From Anthoceros angustus (taxonomy: Eukaryota > Plantae > Anthocerotophyta), in contig MU008216.1 of assembly GCA_010909165.1 (NCBI GenBank), positions 1 to 64,000 on the forward strand: a stretch of DNA of 64,000 nucleotides. Direction: 5' to 3'. A program made the translations under genes and the position numbers. Numbering within the stretch: position 1 is the stretch's first letter; every line of letters begins with the position of its first letter. Below are positions 22,715 through 34,232 of this stretch, in pieces. A model generated the notes under the pieces. It was not told where the DNA came from. It made no database searches and saw only the letters and a program-made list of their open reading frames with translations.

Positions 22715-23925
22715 AAGAAGACACCAGGCCAACTCGTCGTGGGAGTCAAGCGCAAGGCGGTCCAGAGGAAGACGAAATGCTAAGTGGGTGTCATCGTGCA
22801 AGTGCTTGGGGAGCCTGCGAAAGATGCTCGGGCAAGGAAAGCGGGTTTCAAACAGCCCGAGGGTGTGGTCCAGCTGAGTCTACAACCATTCCCAAGCTGA
22901 AAGAGGTACTCCTGGGAGAACGGAGTTGGACAGATCCTGTGTCACGGAGGTGGTGGTGGTGGCAAGACGCACTTAGGCCGCCTAAGTAATCTGGTCGAAG
23001 TCCTGATGCATATGCCCAATGTGGGTTTTTACCTCTTCAATTCTGCAACAAAGTTGGGCACAGACCGGATAGGGAGTGTCCTTGAGGGTCTTAGACGGTG
23101 TGGGCTGCTCCATTGGGTAGAGCACATAACTCCCCCCACAACAATTAGCAAACCTGGAAAGTGCGGGGGTGATAAACAAGAATGATAACCACAGCTGCCT
23201 GAAGACTGATGGGAATACCTAAAATGAAAAGGATCGATAGCGGAAAAAGTCTGCAGAGGGAACAAGTATCGACGACAAAAAGACTCAGAGAGTTAGGGCC
23301 AAGGAGGCACCGGGGAGCGGAGATAGAAAATCCATGGCCTTTACCGGACATATAGAGGGTGCACTCCGTATGGCAAGCCCCAATAGGCTAGCCAAAGGTC
23401 CCCGCCCAGAGAGGCCGCAACCCACCAAAACCCAGAACAACCCAATGAACCCGCGCCCGCACTTGCCCCAGCTACAGAAACTGTGGTAGAAACCCTAAAA
23501 ACCCTGAGGCGCCGAGAACCTTCCCGGCCCCATTAAACCATCCCCACCAAACCGGTCACCCATATATGGCCCCATGCATAAATGTGCCATTGCCGTGCCT
23601 TGGTGGAGCCCAGAGCACACTTGGACACGCCAATCACAAAGTCAGCAGCCCGCAACCCGATCGGGACAAGACGGCAGAAGACTCTATGGAGCATGGGCCC
23701 GAATCGGGTTTTCGCCAGGCTAAGTGCTCCTAAACGGCGCCTGCACTGGGCTCCAGCAGCCGTGTTGACCCCTTGCCTTGGAAGCCCTCCAACTCGCACC
23801 GAGGGCGACCACCGCGGGCCCCACTGACGCATTGACCCTCCACACACCGCGCCCCTCGCCCTCCTCATCCATATGACTAATATGATAGATTTAGATAAGT
23901 ATAGTTCATCTCTATATTAGGACTA

Positions 23926-24265
23926 CCGTACCCCGAGGGGTGGTTCAACAGGATAATGCCAAAATAATTAGTTTTTGAAAAAAGTAAGGTTCAACATAAA
24001 TAATTTTATTTTTCAAAATTTCAACATTTACAAAAAATAATTTTATCAAATTTCAATATTTATTAAAATATATAGGTATATATATAAAACTAATGGATAT
24101 GTATAGACCTCCCCTAAATAGGCCCTAATTTTCCACATACCCTAGTTTCCTTATTTTCGGCATCATAAATTTTTAGCTATTTAATATTTTAAGTATAATA
24201 ATTTCTGGATTTTCAACTTTTACTAATTTTAATTAATTAACGCCGAATCACCCCTTGGGGTACGG
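23926..24265. mobile_element. 340-bp AT-rich MITE, Tc1/mariner-type (TA TSD)
   Basis: TIR CCGTACCCCGAGGGGTGGTTC vs reverse complement of GAATCACCCCTTGGGGTACGG (2 mismatches in 21); TA at 23924-23925 and 24266-24267. Confidence 0.88.
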
Positions 24266-24898
24266 TACTATGATAAATTTCAGATTAGTGCAGCCCCCCT
24301 ATATATCTAAGGGTTGTCAAGCTGTGCTTTAATGAAGATTCTTGTTCTACGGTACTCAGGTACCTAGGTAGTCTAAAATACCTATTATACATTAGGTCAT
24401 TACCTACCTATATGTTCGAGAATGCGCGCCACAGTGCGCTTGTTACTCTTTGAATGTGAAGTGTCGGATAGCGGTCGCACTGGCATTTCTGAATACAGGG
24501 CTTCTCCACGATGCCATGCTCGTTTTGGAAGTCGGCAAAACCATTCGAGGCGACGTGCAGGTCGCAAGCACTGCTCAGCCGGTGGTTGCTGAACTGATTC
24601 CTACAGTTGGAGCAGCTTAAGAGACTGCAACTTCATGCTGTTATTTGAGCCTGGTATTCGAGCTGAATGCTGGCTGGTTGCTAGGGCTATGATTGAGCCG
24701 AGCAGCACCTCAGTACCTTCCGTGACATTGGCGAATGGCTGGTATGTGGGTATCCTGGTTGGTTTCTTACTCACGGAGTGGCGTCCCACGGTTTCTGAGA
24801 CGGGGTGACGTCCTTTGAGAAAGGTCCACTCAAGGAGGTGTTTGACGGGGTTGTTCACTTCTTGGTTTCCAGAGCGTATTGCTTCTCCGCTGCTGTGG

Positions 24899-27022
24899 AT
24901 GGGGTCAAGTGCCAAGTTCAATGTGTACGAGAACGCCGCTGTGGCTGAAGTCCTCCGCGAGAGGGCGATTCGGCCATCTGCCACCGCTTTGTTGTCGGTT
25001 CTAGGTGTCTTCTTTGCGGCCACATCGGTTTTCGCATTCCTGTTGCTCAAGAGGGAGGCAGGTGTATTTTTTTTCGTCTCCCTGGGTGTCAGCCACGGTA
25101 TTGCCAGCACAGCATTGGGCATAGGGAAATGGGTTGGTGGTATGATTTGTTTGGCTACAGTTTCTGCAGTCTGTAAGGTGATGTACTTGATGTCTGCTTC
25201 AAATGTTGGGTCTCAGAATTCGGAGGGCAGGGGGGGCAGATATAAGCGGTCTTTGCCTCTGACAGAGCACCAGCAGGCTCTCGTGGGCATGGTCTCGGGA
25301 CATCAGCAGAAGGTGACATATGAGAAGGAGGAGGAGTTGGATTCCACCGCTGCTATGGGGCAACGACCTCCAAGATCGAAGGCAAGGGTGTCTTCATCCC
25401 CGTCGGCGTCTCCTGTCTTGGTACCCGTCCACACTCCTGGAGTGTCCAAGGGACTGAGGAGCACGGGTACTGTCGTGTCCTCACCATGGGGGGAAACTTT
25501 CTCTAGTCCTATCGCCAGTGCAGGTCAGGCACCTTCCTTGTCTCCAGCTAGAGTTACCACTCCAGTATCTCAGTATCGGGGACAGATTTCCCCCTATGGA
25601 GCATCGCCATTTAAATCTGCCTCACCGACCTCTGTGCAGAAATTACCCGCCAGTCCTTGGGGCAAAGATCACCATTTTGGTCTGTTGAAGGACGAGGTGA
25701 ACAACGAAGAGAAACTGGAAGAATTTTTGGCGGAAGTGCAGACAAAGATGGTTGAATCCTCTGCTGCGAGGGCGTCAGGAACAGGAGGTCAAGGGTATCT
25801 TACCCCTCAACCGACCCTATCGGGTGTAGGGACAGGCTTAAGCCCTGCAGCTAATTTCACTCCCCGTTCGAGCTCAAGCACTCCCAGAAGCGGCCCTAAG
25901 CGACTCCTGAGGATGTCTCCCAGCACTCACAAGACTGTGACTTCACCGAAGAAAGGGGAATGGGAATTTCCTCTTCCAATGTCCATGGAGCAGGTTGCTG
26001 AAGCTTTGCAGAAACTAGGCTTTGTCGCACAGCTGGAACAAGGGAGAGATAGGCTGCGGCAGTGGTTTTCTGGTGTCCTACTTGATCCCCTGGTTTGTAA
26101 ATTAGACACAAGTCACTTGCAGGTTGTGAGTGCTGCAGCCAAGCTTGGTGTTTCTATCACGGTAGCACAGGTTGGCTCCAGCAGCCAAGACGGGCGCAGA
26201 GTCTTTGCTGGAGAGGGAGCCTCACGTGAATGGCTCTCCACATTAACCCCAGATGATGATGTTGCCTTACTTGAACTTCGTACACGTCTTTTGCAGGCTT
26301 TGAGCCCACCACGTTCTACATCGACTTTCGGGCTTCAGCAAGCACGGCATGTGGTTGATCCGGCGATCCGTGAGTGTTTCGATGCTGTGACAGAGCATCA
26401 ACGATTAAAAGCTCTCATGGAAGGTGATTGGGTTAAAGGGTTGCTTCCACAGAGCACTTGGAAAGCAGAGTATGCAGTACAGCGCGTTAGAGAGTTGGCT
26501 GAGGGAACCTGTGTTAAAAGGTATGACTTTATGGGTCGTGGGGAGAGTTACGACAGAAACGTCAAACGGTTGACCTTGGAGCTTCCATCGGATTCCCATC
26601 TCCTGGTTTACTTGTTCTGTGCACTTTTGGAGCACCCTCAGTGGATGTTGCATGTGGATCCAACATCCCATCCCAGCACTCAATGTGGCAACAACCCTTT
26701 GTATGTTGCCAGTATGCCACATAAGGACGTGTTCCCTGAGAAGTATGTTGCTGTCTTGTCTCACCCGCCACCAGTTTTACACATGGGAGCCTGTGTTTTG
26801 GCTGTAAGTAAGCATACACCTCCAGTATTTGCCTTATACTGGGACAAGAAGCTGCAATTTTCTCTGCAGGGGCGAACTGCATTATGGGACGCCATTCTTC
26901 TGCTGTGCTACCGGGTGAAGGTTGCGCATGCAGGTGTTATTAGAGGCATCAACCTTGGGTCTTCTGCCTTGAACCTTCTCTCTTTGTTAGAGTCATCTGG
27001 ACAGAATGATACCGGTAGATGA
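24899..27022 (+). CDS. TMEM209: TMEM209/PNET1-like nuclear-envelope (nuclear pore) membrane protein, single exon, 707 aa
   Basis: MGSSAKFNVYEN...IRPS, two N-terminal hydrophobic segments, S/P/T-rich linker, DRLRQWFSGVLLDPL, RVRELAEGTC, LPSDSHLLVYLFCA, GRTALWDAILL; uninterrupted ORF. Confidence 0.88.
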   Translation: MGSSAKFNVYENAAVAEVLRERAIRPSATALLSVLGVFFAATSVFAFLLLKREAGVFFFVSLGVSHGIASTALGIGKWVGGMICLATVSAVCKVMYLMSASNVGSQNSEGRGGRYKRSLPLTEHQQALVGMVSGHQQKVTYEKEEELDSTAAMGQRPPRSKARVSSSPSASPVLVPVHTPGVSKGLRSTGTVVSSPWGETFSSPIASAGQAPSLSPARVTTPVSQYRGQISPYGASPFKSASPTSVQKLPASPWGKDHHFGLLKDEVNNEEKLEEFLAEVQTKMVESSAARASGTGGQGYLTPQPTLSGVGTGLSPAANFTPRSSSSTPRSGPKRLLRMSPSTHKTVTSPKKGEWEFPLPMSMEQVAEALQKLGFVAQLEQGRDRLRQWFSGVLLDPLVCKLDTSHLQVVSAAAKLGVSITVAQVGSSSQDGRRVFAGEGASREWLSTLTPDDDVALLELRTRLLQALSPPRSTSTFGLQQARHVVDPAIRECFDAVTEHQRLKALMEGDWVKGLLPQSTWKAEYAVQRVRELAEGTCVKRYDFMGRGESYDRNVKRLTLELPSDSHLLVYLFCALLEHPQWMLHVDPTSHPSTQCGNNPLYVASMPHKDVFPEKYVAVLSHPPPVLHMGACVLAVSKHTPPVFALYWDKKLQFSLQGRTALWDAILLLCYRVKVAHAGVIRGINLGSSALNLLSLLESSGQNDTGR

Positions 27023-27183
27023 TGTCATCGTAGTTTTGTCATACGTGGAGATAGTGCACAAGTTGCCGAGGCTTGTGGTAGAGACGGTTCTCTTTCAGCT
27101 GTTTTCGAATCTTTCCTTTACATGACACTGTTGCATATTTGCTTTATACTAAGGGCTTTCACCTCCCATTTACGGAACAACGC

Positions 27184-30130
27184 TTAGCGTGTTTTCAAGG
27201 TGGGCGACCATGACAGATTTAAACCGTGCGGCTTATACAACGCACTGTTCGGCCATGTTTTTTCAACGATGAATCCTCGACTGACTTCAACCCACTGTCC
27301 AAGACACTCCCAGCGGACTTCGGCTATCATAACTCTAGTTTTCCTAGGCATATTTTTAGCTCTTGCTTCAGCAGCAAGGTTCTCCGCAGCTTCATGCAAT
27401 CCTGGCACATCCAGCACCCTCCTGCAGCGTTCATCATCAATCCCTTCTATCACAACAGGTGAAAGCCATTCTAGCTTAGGAACGATGTACCACCTACTGT
27501 CATTTCTGAAGGGAACATGGATGAAGTCATTGATGCGGCACCACCACCCCATCCAGTGCATCCCGTTCAGGGTTGCTACTATGAAGCTGTGTTCGCTATG
27601 GTCACTCTCTTGTGCATCTTCGACAGCACATGCTCCAGTCACGCGATGCGTCTGACTCAGAGATTGTCGTTTCTGCAAGACACTCCAAAGGCCGTACTCG
27701 TAAAACAGATAGCCTTTCAGAAGAGCTCGAGGAATAACCTCTAATCTGTTGCCTGGCTTAGATGGAACCACAGCCTCCGTAAAGCCCCTCGCAACAGGTG
27801 TATCTTCTATCCGTTCTTGAGGAAAAAGCTCGTTGAGAAGTGTAACAGCTTCAGCATGGGCAGAAAGAGCTAACTGATGACGCAACCTGTTCTTTTTCTG
27901 AACTAGTGATTCACCAACATGAGGCCCAAGGAAGCAGCCGAAAAAATTATCGGTGTCTCCCAAATCCATCAAGTTGTTACGCAGAATTTTGCTATCATCT
28001 GTTGAAGCATGTACCTCATCAACTAAATTGCCACCTTGAGAGGTGAAAAATACGTCTGCATCTTCGTGATCTTCATTTTGGTCATCATCTTGGTCTTCAC
28101 TATCTGCATTGGAATCGACAAATTGTATGTCTTCCTCAACCCTATCATCCACTTGCTGGAAGAGTTTGATTTTGGTCCAAGATGCAAACTGTGGCGTCTT
28201 GAGACCAAATGCCTCCCAGGGACCCGTGTAAAGCAAAAATTTTACAGAAACTTCCCAATGCTGAACTGCTTGCCATGAGCTCCTTGATACCTTCTGGATA
28301 TCCTTGGGCCGTGATCTTCCAGTAGAAGTAGCATCACACAAGCGATTTTCTTCAACTTTTCGAGAAGAACCCACCTGTCCACTATCCTCGTTCACGGCCT
28401 CTTGTCTTCTTTTCACCTCAAATAAAAAATCAAACTCTCCAATTGTACGAGGAATTCCAGCACCATAGGCAGCAACTCTCTGCAATCTCCGAAGCATTTG
28501 TTTTTTCCGCTTTCCAGCATTCTCATAATCTTGTCCCCATGCCACTCCAAGGCTTGAAGAAGTGCACTCATCCTTCAACTCGAAGTGAGAACCTGAAACA
28601 GAATTACTTGAAGGTAGACCATTTGCACGGTCAAAGTCAGAGTTGCTCTCGGACAACTGCTCACCATCTGCTGGCAAAAGCTCCGAGACCTGTTGTGAGA
28701 CAACCAGGCGGTGGGTCTGTATTGTTGGCAAAAACCTCAACACATATTCGACGCACAGCGCAAAATGGTCCCCTGAACCCCATAGAGACGTCAGCAGACA
28801 GCTTGTGCAATACAATCAAACTGATCATGTGACATGAATGGTTCCTACCAAGGCGGTTTTTTGCAGGGTGCGACTTGAACCAGGACTCAACCGAGTCCCC
28901 ATCAAGGCTTTCCAGCCAGTGAGCAACTTCCAGCCAGTGCTCATCGTCTCCTCCAAGCATGCCAGCACTCACTGTTGGCAGCTGTGTTCACAGACAAGTG
29001 GAAGCCTCAGTTGCCTCAGGATTGGGATGATCATTGCATCTCTTGTCATCACGCTGGTCTCATCTACTCCATCCAAAGTACTCCTGCTCACCTCCTCAGA
29101 GTCCAGCAGCAGTGGCGGACTTGCAATGAGAAAGCCAAGATCCCTGACAAGCCTGCCAATGTCAAGCTATCGGAGTTAAACGTACAGAGGAAGAGGTATC
29201 AAGTCTGCCAGGAAACTGAAATATGTGTTGATAACACGACAGATCAACGAGTACCTGTGCTGCAACCTTTTCAGGAACTCCCATCGATTCCCTGCGGCTC
29301 TGACCACTTTCAAATCATGCTTACCCACCTTGGGCTTCGACAGACGGTCAGCCAAGGTCTCCAAAGGTTCATCTTTATCATTCATGATGCTCCTAGAATA
29401 ATGTGTCTTCCAAGTATATGTCACAATCGCACCAGATCTCACTTGAACTTGCGGAACAGCTTCCACAAACCACTCACCCCCTTCGTGCAAGATTCTCTTG
29501 AATGTTACAGAAGTATGTACCTTCTTCCACCCAGAATTATCCCTCCAGTCTGCAGAGAACCCAACGGAGCTAGAGACCTTCGTGGTGCCAAACAGAACAT
29601 GGTTATGAGCTTTCTTCCTGCTAGCCACTCCAAGCACCTTGCCCCTAGTGGATAGCAAGCGAAAGAACTGGTGCTTTTCCTCCCGCCCTGCTTTTGGCAG
29701 CCGATTACATGCCCCTGAGCACAGAGGACCCATTTGATCTCTCCTTCAAAAACCGAATATTTACATAGTGCTCTAAATATTCTGACATTGAGAGATCTGG
29801 ATGTGTTCACGCAAGCATACCGATGAATCTCCTCCAAAAGACCAACGCTTTAGAACTCCACAGGTCAGAGGACAGGCAAACAGCAGGTACAACCGTGGAA
29901 CGTTTTGAACTACAACGAAAAGAGACTCGACTGTAAATATTGTCACAGCAGAAGCTCAACTACGGCGTCAGCAAGCTCACGTAGAACTGCTGAGATGCTT
30001 ACTTCCTCATACAAGCATAGAGCAATCACCTCCAAGCCCCAGAGCATGGTTAATACAGGCGACGGAACAGAAAACCAAACTCAGATACGTTACCACCACT
30101 CGCATCCAGGGCTCGTGGACATGACTTCAC
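27184..30130 (-). CDS. DUF1853-family protein (PD-(D/E)xK nuclease-like), spliced; 5' exons uncertain
   Basis: GT-AG exons 29143-29092 (RDLGFLIASPPLL), 28981-28849 (..KNRL) and 28772-27184 (GDHFALCVEYVL..TIGEFDFLF..HWEVSVKFLL..FLGPHVGE..KGYLFY..GWW) join in phase. Further probable exons between ~29.3 and 30.13 kb were not resolved. Confidence 0.75.
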
Positions 30131-30980
30131 ACTTTCAGATTTGGGAACTGGGTTCGTGTCGCAAGATTGTTGGACGTTCAGGTTTTGAGCTCCTCGAGTT
30201 CAGAGCGGAAAACTTGTGTGCTCTTGAAACGTCAGAACTGCATTCACAAAGACCCAATCGTTTAACAGCGGACGACGAGTTCATGGCTAACTTCAGTCGT
30301 TTAAGAACCTGGATGCTTTGTAATACTTGGTTCTGATTGGTAAATTCAGAGACGCGGAATCACCGCCTCTGACTGCTAGGATGGCTTGTCTCACAGATTT
30401 TGCTTAGCCTGCGTGGAGAGTGCAAACGTACACGCTAAGGACGGCCTCCACAGCCTGCGAAAAGACACCCCTTTCCCTCCGCCTGGAACCTCCCTATATC
30501 TACCGCCGTTACTTTCTTGGTACTTGGTGACTCAGACGTGTAATCCAATGTCAGACAGCGGCTGCGGACGTTCTTTCGCTTTTGCAGGGCTGGGAGGGGA
30601 GGCCCTAAGGCCTTCCCGGCCGATGGCGGGCGGCTGCACAGGTTGGCTCAAGTTGCTTCGTCTCACCTCCGTCGCCAACAGCAGAAGGGTGGGGAAACTC
30701 TCCTCCCTCCAGGATCAGGGTAGGACAGCTGCAAGCGCCAGCCTGATCACCGTTGAACTTCTAAACAGACGGAAAATGAATCGCAGGAAACCATGCCCGT
30801 TCAACTGGACAGAAGCACAACTTGAGAGTGAAAACGATGTACAAGGCGCCATCTCCCTTGCGGGGGTAACGGGGGAACTGCTAATAAGCCGTGTAGCAGG
30901 ACAGGAACATTTGATGGCGGCCACGAGCTTAGCACGAGATAAACGGCGGTGTTTTCTCAAGTAGGTTCCAATGTGAAACT

Positions 30981-32728
30981 TTACGCCTCTGCGAACCTGC
31001 ACATGAACCAACACAACAGTTAAAGACTGACAGGAGTAGGGTAACACACTCGGTGTTGGAGAGGTAAGATGCTAACCCGAGCTCGGACAGCGCCAGGTGC
31101 GACTCGGAGTAGTCATTGAAGAAAGCGTCCTCGTCCTGCTCAAGGGATTGTCACCACCGAATTTCGAATAGGACCAGAAAATAGCTACAGTGCACTGCTA
31201 GCTCACTCACCTTGGCATACAGCTCCACGAAAGGCCGGAATTTCTCATCAGTAACGAGAGCCTTATCAGAAGGCAGTTGGAGAAGACCTTCAGATTCGCC
31301 ATTCAGGAGCTCCCTGGAGATGCTATCAACTGGTTCAGCGCCCGCCCAATCCAATCGGGTACGGGAAACAGTGTAAAAAAGCACAGGAGGTTCGACAAGC
31401 TTCACATCGTGACTCTCACAATGAGAGCCATCATAATAGCACCCAGAGCAGTGGATTGCTACTCACACGAAGTAGGAGTTGTCAAACAAAAGGGGCTTCG
31501 GAGTCCAGGCCCCCTCGAAGCCAGACCGCTCCTTGTGTGCCCTTCCCTGCAGACGACAAGGTCAGTGCATCTCCCTGGTAACCGGAGCAAGTAAGCCAAA
31601 TGCTACCCCTACTGGATTACCAGAGTGTGTGCACCAGAGAGGGCCACAATGTCCTTATCACTCAAGCCCATGTGACCAAAGACATCCCTCAGGTGGCTGG
31701 GTCCTGTACGCATCACGCAGATTAGGAAACCATAACCAACGAAAGAGCTCAACTGTAGGGTCCTCAAGGGTCTTGAGTATTTACCCTTGGTGGCATCAGG
31801 AAGCCGACCTTCCTCGGGGCCTTCCGGCAGGTCCTGCAGGCCAACAACCCCAAACAAAATTAAACCAACGGAGGAAATGACAAACTTGCTAGTCGCAGTG
31901 ACACGAGAAAGAAACACAAGACGTCACAGAGGCCGCCAGCAATAGACCTTATCCCCAAACTAGATAGACTGACCTGGCGGCCTGGATGGAAAGGAATGGT
32001 CGGTCCACCAGTGACCTCAACTGCAACGACTCCAGCGAGCTTCAAGAAAGAACGGATGCTGTGTCAGCAAACGCCCTGACCTCCACTGTCTAATGGCTAG
32101 CGCAAACAAAAAATCAAAAGGTTATCTAACCTGATAGAAGTCAGCGTAGGTCAAGATAGGGAACTGCTCCTTGACGGGTTCAAGCAGCTTGATGGCGATG
32201 TCCAGGCCGGCATTAGCTCCATGAGCGAGCTCACTTGCGTGACGGATAGTACCGAAAGGGCCTCCAGTCTTCGTCTTCACATCGTATGTTCCGGCTGCAT
32301 GCCATCTGTCCAGGCATACGACATACAGCGCGCTGAGTTACTGCTTGCTGGATCAAACAACGGAGTCTTGAAGGCTAACCAACCCATTCAAAATCCTGAG
32401 CAGACTGGATTCCGGACCAGGTCAAGAGAGACCATCAGGGATAGAACGGTACTTACGCAAGACGGACAATAATGGGAGCACAGTTTTTCTCTGCATCCAA
32501 GAGACACATACACCCGATCAAACCTTGGAGATCAGCATACACAAGGGAGCTCACTTACGCCTGGCGTCACCTCAAACTTTCAAAACACTGAAAGAAGAGT
32601 CCTTTCGGATACGCGGAAACCAAATCGTCAGACCAAATACCTGCAATGAGGGCACGCAACTTTCTGCGGGCCTTCTCCACTGCCTTGAGGTACTCCTCGC
32701 TGACAACAGGGTAAGTCTTCCCGGCCAT
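30981..32728 (-). CDS. APX: Cytosolic L-ascorbate peroxidase, 10 coding exons, 250 aa
   Basis: Exons 32728-32641, 32490-32457, 32305-32131, 32039-31974, 31833-31785, 31703-31621, 31546-31467, 31313-31211, 31135-31077 and 30996-30981 total 753 nt, all [44 protein letters not shown]-terminus SELGFAEA*. Confidence 0.97.
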
Positions 32729-33509
32729 GACGCCTCAACTCTGAGATCAAGAAGGAGAGTGAATGCACAAATTAGAGAACGATCTTAAGAGGAGGAAGCT
32801 AGGAACAAGATAGCAGCAGATCATGTAAGAGCTCACTCGGCAGCTTTCACAAAAGCTGCGAATCTGGCGACCTCAGACTAGCCGCAACGACCCTACCGAA
32901 AACATCAAACTCCACTAGGCAAGCCGGTCGGGGCAAAACTACCACGCGATCATGCCATAAAAACGCGAATGCGAAAAACGGACACAACGCATGGACGCTG
33001 ACGCATTGCGCCGCCTCAGGGCAACGATGATGCAATGTAGGGACGCGATACGAAGCCATCGGCAAACAGCAGCTGCAGATCGCTTACTTGCAACACCGCG
33101 CGAGCCTCGAAATAACGGAGAGGCAAATGCAGCCGGAGGAGAGAGCGATCGGCAGAGCGTGGCGGGCACACGAAGTTCTGATGAACAAGGGGCTTGAAGT
33201 GGGCAGGGTATAAGGGCGAAACCGCGTGGTCGGCCTCCTCGCCAGTTATTTCGCTCACGGGTATGGCAAAATATCGGCACAACTTTATTGTTATACAGAG
33301 TGGGTCGTCGGGCTCCTCCGGCCTATCGCTGTTCCGCCGATTTTTGCCTGGTTCACGCACCTAACGGGGCAAGTCGGGCGGCGTTTGATGCCTTCGAGAT
33401 CCTTCGGGGGAAGGTGGAAAGATGCTTAGAAAATACTATGTAGCGGTGTCTTTTTTAGACCTAGACTCTTCGTTACCTATTAGGTCTTTAGTAGCACGTG
33501 GAGACTTTA

Positions 33510-34232
33510 TTATGAAAAAGGGGGTTCAATCAAATCTTCATACAAGGTGCGGATGAGTGCAAGACGGCATTATGGGGTAGAGATCAGCTATGGCAATGGG
33601 AAATCATGTCATTTGTGCTGAAGAATGCCTTCATCTACTTTCAGCGGATCGCAGATCTGGAGCTGCAACGTATGTCATCTGTGAAGTGTTATATTGATGA
33701 CATATTGGTTTTTAGTGAGACACTGGAAAAGCATCTGCAGCACTTAGAAATGCTACTATAAAGGCTGTCACAATCAAGGTTGAAAGCACATCGTAAGAAG
33801 TGCAGCTTTGCCTTTCAGGAGATAGAGTATCTCGGGCATAAGATTGTGCCAGAAGGGATCATGCCACAATTGGCAAAGGCTCAGGCTGAGATGCAGATGC
33901 CCAGGCCACGAGATGTGGCAGCACTAAGGGCTTTCTTAAGCCTAGTCAATTACTTTCGCATGTTCATGAAGGACATGAGTGCGATCTGCAAGCCGTTGTA
34001 TGATTTACTCAAGAAGGATATGGCTTGGCAGTGGGAATTGGAGCATGAAGCAGCATGGAAAGAGTTGAAAGATCAACTCGCAGAAAGGCCCATGCTAGCT
34101 CGACCAGATTTTGAGAGACCGATTTGTCTTATATATAGACTGGAGCATTGCGGGAATTGGAGTCGTGCTTTCTCAAGTAACAAAGCAAGGAGAGGAGCGA
34201 GTTGTGGCGTATGCCAGCAGGTCCAATAAAGG
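33510..34232 (+). mobile_element. Ty3/gypsy RT-RNase H fragment (family Y)
   Basis: GFNQI..KTALW, CYIDDILVFS, EIEYLGH, FVLYIDWSIAGIGVVLSQ..EERVVAYASRSN; truncated at both ends. Confidence 0.88.

Noticed and set aside
22715-23870. Possible LINE ORF1 remnant
   Set aside because: Only compositional hints; no RRM, CCHC, endonuclease or RT motif and no poly(A) tail.
28838-30964. Plus-strand ORFs 28975-29655, 29905-30336 and 30386-30964
   Set aside because: Antisense shadows of the DUF1853 gene or intergenic/UTR frames, with no recognisable domains.
33150-33430. Heat-shock element upstream of APX
   Set aside because: The GAA/TTC units present lack the nGAAnnTTCn spacing.
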